64,000 nucleotides of DNA from an uncultured Phycisphaerales bacterium (GCA_963755915.1 CAVWLP010000002.1:4800001-4864000), one strand, 5' to 3'. Counted from the stretch's first letter, positions 49,964 to 60,996 are shown. Notes: generated from the sequence alone by a model not told the origin. Made by a program: numbers and translations.

Positions 49964-51262
49964 ATGTCTTTGTTCTCTACAATATTTCGACGCCTCGTCG
50001 ATGATCCAAGTGTTCGCAGAATCGACTCGTACCTGCTTCACGAGGAAATAAAGCTTCCGGCTCCGCTCACCACGTCGTTGGGCGGCCGCGTTCGATGTGT
50101 CTATTGTGTTGTAGATATCGGTTACAAGATCGTAGACGCGCAGATTCGTGTGCACAGCATTAACTTATCCAAACAGGGTGCCGAGCTTGGGCATCTTTCG
50201 GTTAATTTGAGCGCGAGCCGAACAGGATTCGCGTGGTGCGCCGATGGCGCCGAGCGCAAATATCTCAACCACATTCTGCCGCGCATTGCTGGGGAAATAA
50301 TTTCGAGGGAGGAGCATTTGCGGCGCGTTATGTTCGCGAAAGCGGGGCATTTCACGCCAGCAACCGAAAAACAGAAAGCGTTTGCAACGAAATTGGGCGT
50401 ACAGTTTTACGATGACATAAGCAAGCGTCGATTGGGAGAAAAGATCGAAGCCTACCTTGAATGGAAGAAATCTTTTCGCTCATCCCCCCGGAGTCACATT
50501 TCGCAAGGTCGCGACGAATTTGGCCCGCCGAGTGATGGTTGTTATCCTACGGATGTGGGCGAACGGGTGGAAATTCCTTATGCCTCGCTTCCGTCGGGGG
50601 AGCCGCGTCCGAAAGCCAGCGGGCTAGGCACCGCCTCGCTCATACTGGGACTGATTTCGATGCTCGGGGCTTGGGTTCCGTGCTGCGGGGTCGGCGCTTG
50701 GCCCGTTGCTATCGTTGGCCTAATCCTCGGTTTCGTAGGACTGCTCGTCGTCATTTCTAACCATAGCTCAAGAGCACCGGTCGGGTTCCCAATTGCCGGA
50801 ATCATCGTATGTCTGATTTCGATTTGTCTGCCGTTCGTCCTTCCGCTGCTGATTGTCGGCACCGGGTCGTTGCTCGGGCCACACACGGCGGTGAGTCAAC
50901 CGGCCACCGTCGTAACCCCGGCGATTCAGCCATTCGCCGCACCGCTAATGCAATCCACTCCGCCGTCACTCCCCGCATCTGCTGCTGTCGCGGACGCGAA
51001 AACACGGCTTGAGACAGCAAAAGAAGCCTGCATAATGAAGCTGAAGAGAACAGACGCCTACATCGCGGCGGCCGCTGATGCACTGGTGAAACAAGATCGC
51101 CTGAAGATCGCGAAACAGCTAGGCGACTCGGAGGATATTGCCGAGTCCAGTCTGGCATTCATCAAGGCGAAGGAACTTGTGCAAAAAATGGAGGCGGACG
51201 CGTGTTCGCACGATCCTCAAGTCATCGCAGCACAAAAAGAGCTGGATAGTTTGAGTCGCTGA
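49964..51262 (+). CDS. Hypothetical membrane protein (lower GC; DUF4190-like TM block)
   Basis: SGLGTASLILGLIS..PCCG..AIVGLILG TM segment with soluble N- and C-terminal regions. Confidence 0.6.
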   Translation: MSLFSTIFRRLVDDPSVRRIDSYLLHEEIKLPAPLTTSLGGRVRCVYCVVDIGYKIVDAQIRVHSINLSKQGAELGHLSVNLSASRTGFAWCADGAERKYLNHILPRIAGEIISREEHLRRVMFAKAGHFTPATEKQKAFATKLGVQFYDDISKRRLGEKIEAYLEWKKSFRSSPRSHISQGRDEFGPPSDGCYPTDVGERVEIPYASLPSGEPRPKASGLGTASLILGLISMLGAWVPCCGVGAWPVAIVGLILGFVGLLVVISNHSSRAPVGFPIAGIIVCLISICLPFVLPLLIVGTGSLLGPHTAVSQPATVVTPAIQPFAAPLMQSTPPSLPASAAVADAKTRLETAKEACIMKLKRTDAYIAAAADALVKQDRLKIAKQLGDSEDIAESSLAFIKAKELVQKMEADACSHDPQVIAAQKELDSLSR

Positions 51263-51307
51263 TAGGACAAGTTTGGTAACGCATACTCATCCGAGCGGAG
51301 CAAACCC

Positions 51308-52120
51308 ATGCCGGAACCCAAATGGTTTTACGGTCGCGGTGGACAACAAACCGGCCCCTTGTCCGTCGCTGAAATGCGCGAGCTCGTCACTTGCGGCCAG
51401 ATCAGCGCCACCGACATGGTCTGGCGCGAAGGCATGCCGACGTGGATCCCGGCGAACCAGGCCGCCGACCTCATGCCGCAATCCGCCAGCGCGGCCCCCG
51501 CAACGGTGGGCTACTACACCTCCAGCCTGGGAATGCCGCGGTGCGCCGTCGAAAACCTTAAAGGCCACGCCCAGCCCGTCGGCGACACTTCCGACTGGCC
51601 CCTCGACGAACCGCACATGCAGCAGTTCGAGCAGGCAGTGAAGCTCCGCAAAAAAATCTCCGCTGCCGCCGGGCTCTATCGGGCACTTCTTCTCCTCAGC
51701 GGAATATCCCTCGGTATCTTCATTCCCCTGATGATTTTCAGCGTCGGGGTGTCGCACGGACCGCAATCGATGGCGACGGTCCCCCTGGCCATCTTCAGCG
51801 CGGCCATCGGTGGATTCACCGTCCTCTACTATTTCGCCAATCGCGCCACCCGCCGCTCCCAAGCCTGGGCGCCGCTCACCATGTTCATCATTTACGTGCT
51901 TACGATCTTAGTTCAAATACTGGGCGCCGTTGCGACGGCGTCCAAAGCCGGCGCACCCGGCAGCCCCTCGGACGCCGCGCCTCAACTCGTCGGCGGTGTG
52001 GTCGGCATCGCCTTCGAAATCGCCTTCGCGGTCGTCTCCTGGCGCGCCTTCACCGCCATCCGGCAATACCTCACTCAACCGGCGTGGTGCCAGGAGTTGA
52101 TCGTAAAGGCGGGACTTTGA
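51308..52120 (+). CDS. GYF_2/DUF4339-domain membrane protein
   Basis: WFY..GGQQTGP......L...G.I....MVWREGM..W.PA, then four TM segments. Confidence 0.85.
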   Translation: MPEPKWFYGRGGQQTGPLSVAEMRELVTCGQISATDMVWREGMPTWIPANQAADLMPQSASAAPATVGYYTSSLGMPRCAVENLKGHAQPVGDTSDWPLDEPHMQQFEQAVKLRKKISAAAGLYRALLLLSGISLGIFIPLMIFSVGVSHGPQSMATVPLAIFSAAIGGFTVLYYFANRATRRSQAWAPLTMFIIYVLTILVQILGAVATASKAGAPGSPSDAAPQLVGGVVGIAFEIAFAVVSWRAFTAIRQYLTQPAWCQELIVKAGL

Positions 52121-52180
52121 TTTTCGCTCTTTGAGATCCCCATCGCACTTACTGCTCTACAGATCTACTATTCCACTGAT

Positions 52181-53140
52181 CTAATTTCCCCCGCGCGGAA
52201 ACACCCGCCACCGATCCGGCGGCCAGATGATCGCCACGATCCTCCCGCACAACTGATCCCTCGGCGTAGCCCCCGCCTGATGATCCGGAAACGCGGGCCA
52301 GAAGCGCGCATCATCCGAAACCGAACTATTGTCCCCCAGCAGAAAATACTCATCCGGCCCCAGGGTGATCGGTTTGCCCCAGCACCCATTCGCAGCCGCG
52401 AGCGGCTCCGCGTCGATCATCGGCGTGTTCCACGTGTCGACCGGAACATAGGGCCCCACTTCCGCCGGCAATGTCGCCGACTTCCCGTTGATGAGCAACG
52501 CCGGCCCGGTGATCTCTATCGTATCTCCCGGCAGGCCCACAATCCGCTTGCACAAATTCGGATACTTCGCCGCAAGGTCCGGCGGTGGATTCGCGCCAAC
52601 AATGTCCCACCGCCCGTATGGCTCCTGCTTGAAATTCAAAAAGAAATCCCCCGGCGAAATATTCGGCCCCATGCTGTCCGTCGGGCTAAAGCAGATCTCG
52701 ATGAAGTTGTTCTGCAGGTAGGTAACGGTCGCGTAACATTCCCCCAGCCCCATCACTGCCAGAACCGTGCCGACGAGAAACCGGTTGGAAACATCCCCCA
52801 GCATCTCGGCGCTGGAGCGCTCTGCGCACCTTCCCGCGTGGGCCAACTGGCAAAACTGCACCAGCACCCCCAGCGGCAGCGCTACCACGAGCGTGGGAAG
52901 CAGTTGTGGGTCAAAAAGGGTTGCTGCAACAATCCCGGCCAGAATCGTCCAGGTGATAAACCAGAAAAGTCCCCACCGCGGCCTCCCTGCCAGGAGATGC
53001 CCCAACCCCGGCCAAACCATCGCCCCGCTGACCGCCAGAAACGCGCGGCCGCGGCTCTGGCCATCGTCGACAGCGCGCTGGCTGTCGCCATTGAGAATCC
53101 GAAGCTCTTCCAGGGTGTAATTCGCGGTCGATTCGGGCAT
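52181..53140 (-). CDS. lepB: Signal peptidase I
   Basis: DSMGP (Ser), CKRIVGLPGD (Lys), YFLLGDNS..SDDARFW. Confidence 0.9.
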   Translation of the reverse strand: MPESTANYTLEELRILNGDSQRAVDDGQSRGRAFLAVSGAMVWPGLGHLLAGRPRWGLFWFITWTILAGIVAATLFDPQLLPTLVVALPLGVLVQFCQLAHAGRCAERSSAEMLGDVSNRFLVGTVLAVMGLGECYATVTYLQNNFIEICFSPTDSMGPNISPGDFFLNFKQEPYGRWDIVGANPPPDLAAKYPNLCKRIVGLPGDTIEITGPALLINGKSATLPAEVGPYVPVDTWNTPMIDAEPLAAANGCWGKPITLGPDEYFLLGDNSSVSDDARFWPAFPDHQAGATPRDQLCGRIVAIIWPPDRWRVFPRGGN

Positions 53141-53176
53141 GCGCGGTTATCGGCAACGGAGCTGCCGCCGATAGCG

Positions 53177-53872
53177 CTATCGACCGCCCATCACATCGAC
53201 TGAAGTTGCTGCTTCGGCTCCCCTGCCTCTCGCCCCTTTGCCTCTCGCCTGGAGGGCATGCAGCACCGCAGGAATCAGCGATATGAAGACGATCGCCAGA
53301 ACGACAAGCTGGAAATGCGTCCGGACGAATTCGATCTGGTTGAAGTAGTACCCCGCGACCGTCACGCTCACCACCCAAAAAATCCCCCCACTGACGCTGA
53401 AGCCGATAAACCGCGCAAACGGCATCTGCCCGATCCCGGCCACAAACGGTGCAAACGTGCGGATGATGGGCACAAACCGCGCCAGGATGATCGTCTTGCG
53501 TCCATGCTTCTCATAAAACCGGTGTGCTTCCTCCAGATGGCGTTTGTTCAGCAGCCAGGACGACTCGGTACTGAAAACCTCGGCCCGATATCCCGCCCAA
53601 TTGTATAGTTGAGAACATCCCCGCAGTTCGCCGCCAGGCAGAGCAGCACAATAATCAGCGGCAGACTGATCGGAGACCCGCGGCGGCCGCCAGCGCCCCC
53701 ACCGCGAACAGCAGCGAATCCCCCGGCAAAAATGGCCAGACCACCAGCCCGTCTCACAGAACACAATCACGACGAGCAAAACATACACCCCGACCTGGTG
53801 CGCGGTGGCAAACGAGTTCAGGTGCTTGTCGAGATGCAGAAATAGATCGATGGCTTGATGGATAAGTGACAT
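53177..53872 (-). CDS. DedA family membrane protein (compensating internal frameshifts)
   Basis: FLHLDKHL, IVFCETG, FYEKHGRKTIILARFVPIIRTFAPFVAG. Confidence 0.9.
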   Translation of the reverse strand: MSLIHQAIDLFLHLDKHLNSFATAHQVGVYVLLVVIVFCETGWWSGHFCRGIRCCSRWGRWRPPRVSDQSAADYCAALPGGELRGCSQLYNWAGYRAEVFSTESSWLLNKRHLEEAHRFYEKHGRKTIILARFVPIIRTFAPFVAGIGQMPFARFIGFSVSGGIFWVVSVTVAGYYFNQIEFVRTHFQLVVLAIVFISLIPAVLHALQARGKGARGRGAEAATSVDVMGGR

Positions 53873-53906
53873 TCATACCCTTGCGGAAAACTCTCTGGCA
53901 ATTTTT

Positions 53907-53946
53907 CCCTCCCCCGGTTTCACGGGGGGAGGTTTGGGGTGGGGCC
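53907..53946. repeat. Variant REP-like palindrome
   Basis: CCTCCCCCGGTTTCACGGGGGGAGGTTTGGGGTGGGG; same architecture as the 27333 family with a different loop. Confidence 0.55.
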
Positions 53947-54325
53947 GTGTACGAACAACCTTCGAAGAACACCAATCCCAGCGACTTGTTTATCGGCGAA
54001 TTGCAGATTTCCCGCAAGATTTGCGTCAAAATTACCCTCGACGATTCGATCGGAGGTGAATCACCAATGAGCTTATCCCCAAACCGCAAAGCCACCGCAT
54101 GGCCATCCGGTGGGTTCATCCGACCCTTCCTCTTCATCGAACGTATAACTTAAGCCGATATACCGGCAACTGGCCACCCCAACGCCTTTCACCAGGCGGG
54201 CCTGCGTTGATATGGGTTCGGCTTGATTATAGGGACTACCCCGCGCTGCTTTTTAATCGCTGCGTCTCGCGGCGATTACGGTGAGGGGTCGGCACTCAAC
54301 CCTGCCGGCCATCTAGGAGATGGAC

Positions 54326-56851
54326 ATGTTTGAACGTTTCACGGATCGGGCCCGCAAGGTCATGGCGCTGGCCAATCAGGAGGCCCAGCGCTTCAACCAC
54401 GAATACATCGGCACCGAGCACATCCTGCTCGGTCTCGTCAAAGAAGGCAGCGGCGTCGGCGCGAACGTCCTTAAGAATCTCGACGTCGACCTCCGCAAGG
54501 TTCGCCTCGAAGTCGAAAAGCTCGTCAAGAGCGGCCCGGACATGGTCACCATGGGCAAATTGCCCCAGACCCCCAGGGCCAAAAAGGTTATCGAATATGC
54601 CATCGAAGAAGCCAGGAACCTGAATCATAATTACGTAGGCACGGAACATCTGTTGCTCGGCCTGCTTCGTGAGCACGACGGCGTAGCGGCCCAGGTCTTA
54701 ATGAATCTGGGTCTGAAGTTGGAAGAAGTTCGGGAAGAGGTTCTCAATCTTTTGGGAGCTGGTGTGGAAAGCGAAGAACCCCAAGCACAGGAAAAACAAG
54801 GACAGAACCGCAAGAGCAAAACTCCGGCGCTGGACAGCTTCGGCCGCGATCTGACCGAACTTGCCCGCGAAGGGCAGCTCGACCCGGTCATCGGCCGAAG
54901 AAAGAAATCGAACGGGTCATCCAGATTCTCTGCCGCCGGCAGAAGAACAACCCCGTTCTGCTCGGCGAAGCGGGCGTCGGCAAGACCGCCATCGTCGAAG
55001 GCCTCGCCCAGATGGTCATCTCCAGCGCCGTCCCCGAACTGCTGCACGACCGCCGGATCGTCGTGCTCGATCTGGCCATGATGGTCGCCGGCACGAAATA
55101 CCGCGGGCAGTTCGAAGAGCGCATCAAGGCGGTCATGAACGAAGTCCGCCGGGCCAAGAACGTCATCCTCTTCATCGACGAGATTGCACACGCTCGTCGG
55201 TGCCGGCGGCGCTGAAGGCGCCATCGACGCCAGCAACGTGCTCAAGCCCGCACTTTCCCGCGGCGAGATTCAGTGCATCGGCGCAACCACCTTCGATGAA
55301 TACCGCAAATACATCGAAAAAGACGCCGCCCTGGCCCGGCGATTCCAGCCGATCACGGTCGATCCGCCCAGCACCGACCGACACCGTCGAAATTCTCAAG
55401 GGCCTGCGCGACCGTTACGAAGCCCACCACCGCGTCCAGATTCTCGATTCGGCCCTGGCGGCCGCCGTCGAGCTTTCCGACCGTTACATCACCGGCCGCT
55501 GCCTGCCCGACAAGGCCATCGACGTCCTCGACGAAGCCGGCGCTCGCATTCGTCTGCGCAGCATGACCAAGCCGCCGAATCTCGCCGAGATCGAAGAGCA
55601 GATCGAGCGGCTGAGCATTCAGAAGGACGAAGCCGTCCGCAACGCGGAATACGAAGAAGCCGCCAAGCTTCGCGACACCGCCGAAGGCCTCCGCGCCAAG
55701 AAAGAAGAAATGCAGCGGCAGTGGCGCGAAGCGCCAAGGAAGTGGACGGCGTCGTCGATGAAGAAGTCATCGCCGAGGTCGTCAGCAAGATGACCGGCGT
55801 TCCGCTCACCCGCCTGGAAAAAGAAGAAGCCCAGCGGCTGCTCGAGCTGGAAAACGAACTCCACAAGCGCGTGGTCTCCCAGGACGAAGCGATCAAGGCG
55901 ATCAGCAAAACGATTCGCCGCGCCCGCTCCGGCCTGAAAGACCCGCATCGCCCCATGGGCTCGTTCCTGTTCCTCGGCCCCTCCGGCGTCGGCAAGACGC
56001 TGCTCTCCAAGGCCCTCGCCGAATTCATGTTCGGCGACGAAGATGCGCTCGTGCAGATCGACATGAGCGAGTACATGGAGAAGCACAACGTCAGCCGACT
56101 CATCGGCGCGCCTCCGGGCTACGTCGGCTACGAAGAAGGCGGCCAGCTCACCGAGCGAATCCGCCGCCGGCCTTACAGCGTCGTCCTCCTCGACGAAGTC
56201 GAAAAGGCCCACCCCGACGTGTTCAACATGCTCCTGCAGATCATGGAAGAAGGCCGGCTCACCGACAGCTTTGGCCGGCACGTCGATTTCCGCAACGTGG
56301 TCCTGATCATGACCAGCAACATCGGCGCGGAACTGATCAAAGACGGCGGCCCGCAGTTCGGCCTCCAGCCCAGCCGCAAGGGCGAAAAGGAAGAGCGCAC
56401 GTATCAGACGATCAAGACGACCTTGACCAAGGAAATCGAGCGCTACTTCCGCCCCGAATTCATCGGCCGCCTCGACGATGTCATCGTCTTCCGCCCGCTG
56501 AGCCGGGTCAATCTGGAAACCATCGTGGAGTTCGAGCTGAACAAGGTTACCAAGCGCCTCACCGAGCACGGCGTTAAGATCGAGATGACGCACGAAGCGA
56601 AGGATTTCCTGATCGACAAGGGAACCAGCAGCGACTTCGGCGCTCGACCCCTCCGCCGTGCGATCGAGCAGCACGTGGAAGACCCCCTCAGCGAGGAGAT
56701 CCTCCGCGGCAGCTTTAAAGGCAAGGACCTGGTTCGCATCAGCGTCAAGGCCGAAGAAGTCGGCGAGAAGCACCTCTACTTCGAGGCGTTCAACACGAAC
56801 GAGGAAAAAGGCGAGAAGCCCCTGGCCGAAGCCTCTTCCGATGCGACTTGA
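54326..56851 (+). CDS. clpC: ATP-dependent Clp protease ATPase ClpC (several frameshifts)
   Basis: [13 protein letters not shown], two Clp_N repeats, [33 protein letters not shown] domain, [17 protein letters not shown]. Confidence 0.96.
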
Positions 56852-56915
56852 CCTCCGTCAAAGTTGCGCGGTCTAACCGGCCGTGCGGTGTCAGGAAATC
56901 TCAGAAACCCCAGCC

Positions 56916-56947
56916 AAACCGGCGGGCCGAGCTTCGGCCCGCCGTTT
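56916..56947 (+). terminator. Terminator after clpC
   Basis: GGCGGGCCGA-GCT-TCGGCCCGCC followed by GTTT. Confidence 0.7.
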
Positions 56948-57037
56948 GCATTTTGCATCTCCGTATAAAGTCAGTCGTGCATCCAGGACGCTGCTGTAGC
57001 GCCTCACCGCTGACCCCGCTGTTTTCGAGGTGCAATC

Positions 57038-57202
57038 ATGGGATTAGTACTCTTAATTATCGTTCTGGTCCTCCTCCTCGGCGCGGTCCCGGCGTGGCCC
57101 TACAGCCGCGAGTGGGGTTACGGCCCCTCCGGTGGTATCAGTGCCCTTCTCCTGGTCCTCGTCATCCTCATGCTCTTCCACGTAGTCAACTGGGGATGGT
57201 AA
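57038..57202 (+). CDS. DUF3309 family small membrane protein (54 aa, not in the ORF track)
   Basis: MGLVLLIIVLVLLLGAVPAWPYSREWGYGPSGG...; SD GAGG. Confidence 0.9.
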   Translation: MGLVLLIIVLVLLLGAVPAWPYSREWGYGPSGGISALLLVLVILMLFHVVNWGW

Positions 57203-57207
57203 TGCGC

Positions 57208-57237
57208 GTGTAGCCCGCGAGCTTGCTCGCCGTGAGC
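57208..57237. repeat. GTAG-type REP-like element (copy 2)
   Basis: Identical to 44814-44843; followed by an internal duplication GCTCGCCGTGAGCC. Confidence 0.85.
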
Positions 57238-57335
57238 CTATGAACGGCTCGCCGTGAGCCCGTCGAACGGCCCGCCAAGTCCCGCCGCCGCAAGGCGGCT
57301 TTTTTCTGCGCCGATGCTAAACTGCCCCCGCAGAA

Positions 57336-58757
57336 ATGACCCACCCCCTCGGCGAACTCAAGCACGACGCCCCCGTCGCCCCCCCAGCATCGCGCCAACC
57401 CCTCCTCACCCCCGCGCGCGTTTTCCTCATCTTGGCCTGGATCTTCGGCTCCCTCTTCGCCATCGTCACACCCCCCTTCCAGGTCCCTGATGAATTCCAG
57501 CAGTTCTACCGCGCCTACCAGGTCTCGCAGGGCCGCCTGACGGCCTTCCGTCACGGAAATGAAATCGGCGGCTTCCTTCCCACAAGCCTCAAACTCTTCT
57601 CCGACAAAGTCTGGGGCCCAGACAAATTCTCCCCCGACGCCAAGGCCGACCCTCACCGCATTTGGTCCACCCGAACCATCCCTCTGAATCCCGGCGACAC
57701 CCGCTTCTACTCCTTCGGCAATGTCTCCTGGCACTCTCCCATGAACTATTTCGCTCAGGGCGCCGCCATCGCACTCGCTCGCCATTTAGGTCTCGGCGCG
57801 ATGGCAATCTTCTACGCCGGCCGCTTGGGAAATCTCTTCGTCTGGAGCTTGCTGGTCTACGCCGCCATTCGCTTGATCCCGATCTTGAATTGGACGGCAG
57901 TCCTGCTCGCCCTGACCCCGATGTCACTCGCACAGGCTGCATCGCTTTCCGCCGATGCCACCGTGAACGGCGTTTGCTTTCTCTTCGCCGCCGCCGTCAT
58001 GCGCCTGGCGTCAACCGACTCCCGGATCACTCCTTTCCCGCTCATCTCCCTCATCCTCCTCGGCGCCGCGGTCTCCCTCGCCAAAACCGCCTATCTCCCC
58101 CTGACGATTTTGTTCCTCCTGATCCCGCCTCAGCGCTTTTCGAGCAAGCCCCGATACTGGGCAACTTTTGCCATCTTCCTCCTCATCTGCCTGGGCGCGA
58201 CGATCACCTGGTCCCTCTGCACGTTCGGCGCAAACACCTACAGCATGCCCGGCGTCAATCCCCACGACCAGGCCCTCTTTATGCTTCATCACCCTCTCCA
58301 GATGGCCCACATGGAAATCGGCATGCTTGTGGCCGTCCCCTTCATCGCCTCCATCATCGGCCAGCTCGGCTGGCACGCCATCCGCCTTTGGCTCCCATGC
58401 GCCATCGCCTACTGGGCTGTTCTCTTCTGGTCCACGCGCCTCCCTCCGCGCGACTTCCGCATGAAAGCCCGGCAGCGAACGGTTCTCGCACTGGCCGTCG
58501 TCGGCTGCTGGATCGCCGTCTTTTCCCTCATCTATCTCACGTTTACAGCCGTGGGCGGCATGAGCATCAACGGCCTGCAGGGCCGGTACATGATCCCCGT
58601 CACACTCCCTTTCCTGCTCCTCTTTTATCCTGGTTTTTCCCCCGCCCCCGGTACTCCGGGGGAGGCCAGGGGAGGGGGCCGAATTGTAATACCCATCTTT
58701 ATTGCCGCATTCTCCCTCTACACCCTCGCGGTGCTTGTACACGCTTTCTACATCTGA
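57336..58757 (+). CDS. DUF2142 membrane protein (GT-C-like)
   Basis: TPPFQVPDE..F.RAYQ.S.G, YAGRL.NL, AASLSAD, K..Y, GLQGRY.IP. Confidence 0.85.
   Translation: MTHPLGELKHDAPVAPPASRQPLLTPARVFLILAWIFGSLFAIVTPPFQVPDEFQQFYRAYQVSQGRLTAFRHGNEIGGFLPTSLKLFSDKVWGPDKFSPDAKADPHRIWSTRTIPLNPGDTRFYSFGNVSWHSPMNYFAQGAAIALARHLGLGAMAIFYAGRLGNLFVWSLLVYAAIRLIPILNWTAVLLALTPMSLAQAASLSADATVNGVCFLFAAAVMRLASTDSRITPFPLISLILLGAAVSLAKTAYLPLTILFLLIPPQRFSSKPRYWATFAIFLLICLGATITWSLCTFGANTYSMPGVNPHDQALFMLHHPLQMAHMEIGMLVAVPFIASIIGQLGWHAIRLWLPCAIAYWAVLFWSTRLPPRDFRMKARQRTVLALAVVGCWIAVFSLIYLTFTAVGGMSINGLQGRYMIPVTLPFLLLFYPGFSPAPGTPGEARGGGRIVIPIFIAAFSLYTLAVLVHAFYI
58639..58680. repeat. REP-like palindrome inside the DUF2142 CDS
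   Basis: CCCCGCCCCCGGTACTCCGGGGGAGGCCAGGGGAGGGGG. Confidence 0.8.
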
Positions 58758-58773
58758 TATTTCAGCATAAAAG

Positions 58774-60228
58774 ATGCACGACACCCTCGCATCCGTCGCC
58801 GATCCCGCCGCGCTTCACCACCGCCAAAGCCGGATCGACCATTGGGATGCGCTCGCGAAATCCTGCGATCCCCGCAAGGGCCTAGGCGGCTGCTACCGCC
58901 GCCGGCTCACCCAGGTCTATAGCTACCTTGTCGCCCCGGGGCTGAAGATCGCCGAGCTTGGCTGCTCTCAGGGCGATCTTCTCGCCGCCCTGAAACCGTC
59001 GGTTGGCTGCGGCGTGGATTTCTCTCCGGAAATGCTCTCCCGCGCCCGCTCGCGCTATCCCGATCTTCACTTCATCCAGGCGGACGTTCACGACTGCGTC
59101 CTCGACCAGTCTTTCGACGTCATCATCCTCTCCGATCTCATCAACGATCTCTGGAACGTCCAGACCGCCTTGCAGCAGGTTCGCCGGATGTGCCACCCGC
59201 GCACGCGCGTCATCCTTAATTTCTACAGCCGGCTGTGGGAACTGCCGCTCAGCGTCGCTCAGAAAATGCGGCTGGCTAATCCGACGCTTCAGCAGAATTG
59301 GCTCGACGTGCGCGACGTAAACAATCTGCTCTATCTTGCCGGCTTTGAGATGATGCGCTCGTGGAACGAAGTTCTCTGGCCGGTGCCTACGCCGCTGGTT
59401 GAGCCGCTGCTCAATCGATACGTTGTGAAACTACCGCTGCTGCATCAGCTTGGGCTGACGAATTTTGCGGTGGCGCGACCGCTGCCGGAAGAGCGGGAGC
59501 GATCCGCTGCGCCGCGGATTTCTGTTATCGTGCCGGCGCGCAACGAAGCGGGGAACATGGAGCAGATGATCGAGCGAATTCCGGAAATGGGGGGCGGGAC
59601 GGAAATTATTTTCGTCGAGGGGCACTCGACCGATAACACCTGGTCGGCGATCGAACAGGCGATCGCGCGGCATCCGGATCGGCCTTGCAAGCTGCTGAAG
59701 CAAACCGGCAAGGGAAAAGGGGACGCCGTGCGGTGCGGGTTTGCGGCTGCTACGGGAGATATTCTTACGATTCTGGATGCGGACCTTACCGTGCCTCCGG
59801 AGGATCTGCCGGCGTTTTTTGATGTGCTTTCCACGGGCAAGGCCGATTTCGCCAATGGCGTGCGGCTGGTTTATCCGCTGGAGGAAAAGGCCATGCGAAT
59901 GGCCAACCTGATCGGCAACAAATTTTTCGGGCGGGCATTCTCCTGGCTGATTGGACAGCGGGTGAAGGACACGCTGTGCGGCACCAAGACACTTTGGAAA
60001 AAGGATTACGAACTGATCGCCGCGAACCGGGCATATTTCGGGGATTTTGATCCGTTTGGCGACTTTGATCTGCTTTTCGGGGCGGCGCAAATGAGCCTTA
60101 AGATCGTCGATGTCCCGGTGCGATACCGGCAACGAACGTATGGCACCACCAACATTCAGCGGTGGAAACACGGGCTGCTGCTGCTGCGCATGGTGATGTT
60201 TGCGGCCAGACGAATGAAGTTTATTTGA
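58774..60228 (+). CDS. SAM-methyltransferase / GT2 fusion protein
   Basis: ELGCSQGDLL; SVIVPARNEAGN, FVEGHSTD, GKGDAVR.GF, ILDADLTVPPEDL, DTLCGTK, DPFGDFDLLFGAA. Confidence 0.92.
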   Translation: MHDTLASVADPAALHHRQSRIDHWDALAKSCDPRKGLGGCYRRRLTQVYSYLVAPGLKIAELGCSQGDLLAALKPSVGCGVDFSPEMLSRARSRYPDLHFIQADVHDCVLDQSFDVIILSDLINDLWNVQTALQQVRRMCHPRTRVILNFYSRLWELPLSVAQKMRLANPTLQQNWLDVRDVNNLLYLAGFEMMRSWNEVLWPVPTPLVEPLLNRYVVKLPLLHQLGLTNFAVARPLPEERERSAAPRISVIVPARNEAGNMEQMIERIPEMGGGTEIIFVEGHSTDNTWSAIEQAIARHPDRPCKLLKQTGKGKGDAVRCGFAAATGDILTILDADLTVPPEDLPAFFDVLSTGKADFANGVRLVYPLEEKAMRMANLIGNKFFGRAFSWLIGQRVKDTLCGTKTLWKKDYELIAANRAYFGDFDPFGDFDLLFGAAQMSLKIVDVPVRYRQRTYGTTNIQRWKHGLLLLRMVMFAARRMKFI

Positions 60229-60235
60229 GATTACG

Positions 60236-60904
60236 ATGACCACTCAAACTCAATCCGCAAAGCCGAAACTGAAGCTGCTCCGCCGGGACGAATATGTCGG
60301 CGTGAACGAACTGGATCCGATCCGGTTTTATCACTGGCCGATCTTCGGGGCGATGTATCGCAAGCGGGTGGAGCTGTGCCTCGGCGAATGCCGGGGCGGG
60401 GAGCGGATTTTGGAGATTGGGTTTGGGACGGGGCTGACGTTCATGAACCTGCACGAGATGTACAAGGAGATTCACGGGCTGGACCTGACGGCCGACACCA
60501 AAGCGGTGCATGACGCGTTCGCCGCGCGGGGGGTGGAAACGGATCTTCGAAAAGGGAACGTGCTGGAGATGCCGTACGAAGATGGCTATTTCGACACGGT
60601 GCTGCTGATCAGCATTCTCGAGCACCTCAAGCCCGAGGAGCAGCCGAAAGCGTTCGCCGAAATCTCCCGGGTGCTGAAACCGGGCGGGCAAGTGGTCTAC
60701 GGCGTGCCGATTGAACGGCCGCTGATGGTGTTCATGTTCAAAATGCTTGGGTGCGATATCCGCAAGGAGCATTTCTCAACGGAAATCGACGTCGCCGGCG
60801 CGGCGGAGAAGATTCTGCATAAAGAAAAGATCCAGCAAATGCACAGCCGGCCGGGGGTGTTTGGGCCGGTGTATGAGGTGGGGCATTTTTCGAAGAGCGG
60901 GTAA
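60236..60904 (+). CDS. Class I SAM-dependent methyltransferase
   Basis: ILEIGFGTG, MPYEDGYFDTV, ILEHL, RVLKPGG. Confidence 0.92.
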   Translation: MTTQTQSAKPKLKLLRRDEYVGVNELDPIRFYHWPIFGAMYRKRVELCLGECRGGERILEIGFGTGLTFMNLHEMYKEIHGLDLTADTKAVHDAFAARGVETDLRKGNVLEMPYEDGYFDTVLLISILEHLKPEEQPKAFAEISRVLKPGGQVVYGVPIERPLMVFMFKMLGCDIRKEHFSTEIDVAGAAEKILHKEKIQQMHSRPGVFGPVYEVGHFSKSG

Positions 60905-60948
60905 AGGTTTTTCCCGGGCGCGAAGATTTCTGCTTCTTGCCACTGCAT

Positions 60949-60980
60949 TACAAAACTTTACAGTCCGCAACAAGCTGGGC
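60949..60980. repeat. Dispersed TACAAAA..TTACAG repeat (copy 3, no GATATC tail)
   Basis: TACAAAACTTTACAGTCCGCAACAAGCTGGGC; the ~30 nt upstream also resemble copy 1. Confidence 0.7.
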
Positions 60981-60996
60981 AATTTGGGCAAGATCG

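Noticed and set aside
59300-59500. Replication origin at the C-to-G skew switch
   Set aside because: The switch is inside a CDS, and no DnaA-box cluster, AT-rich unwinding element or dnaA/dnaN/parAB is visible.
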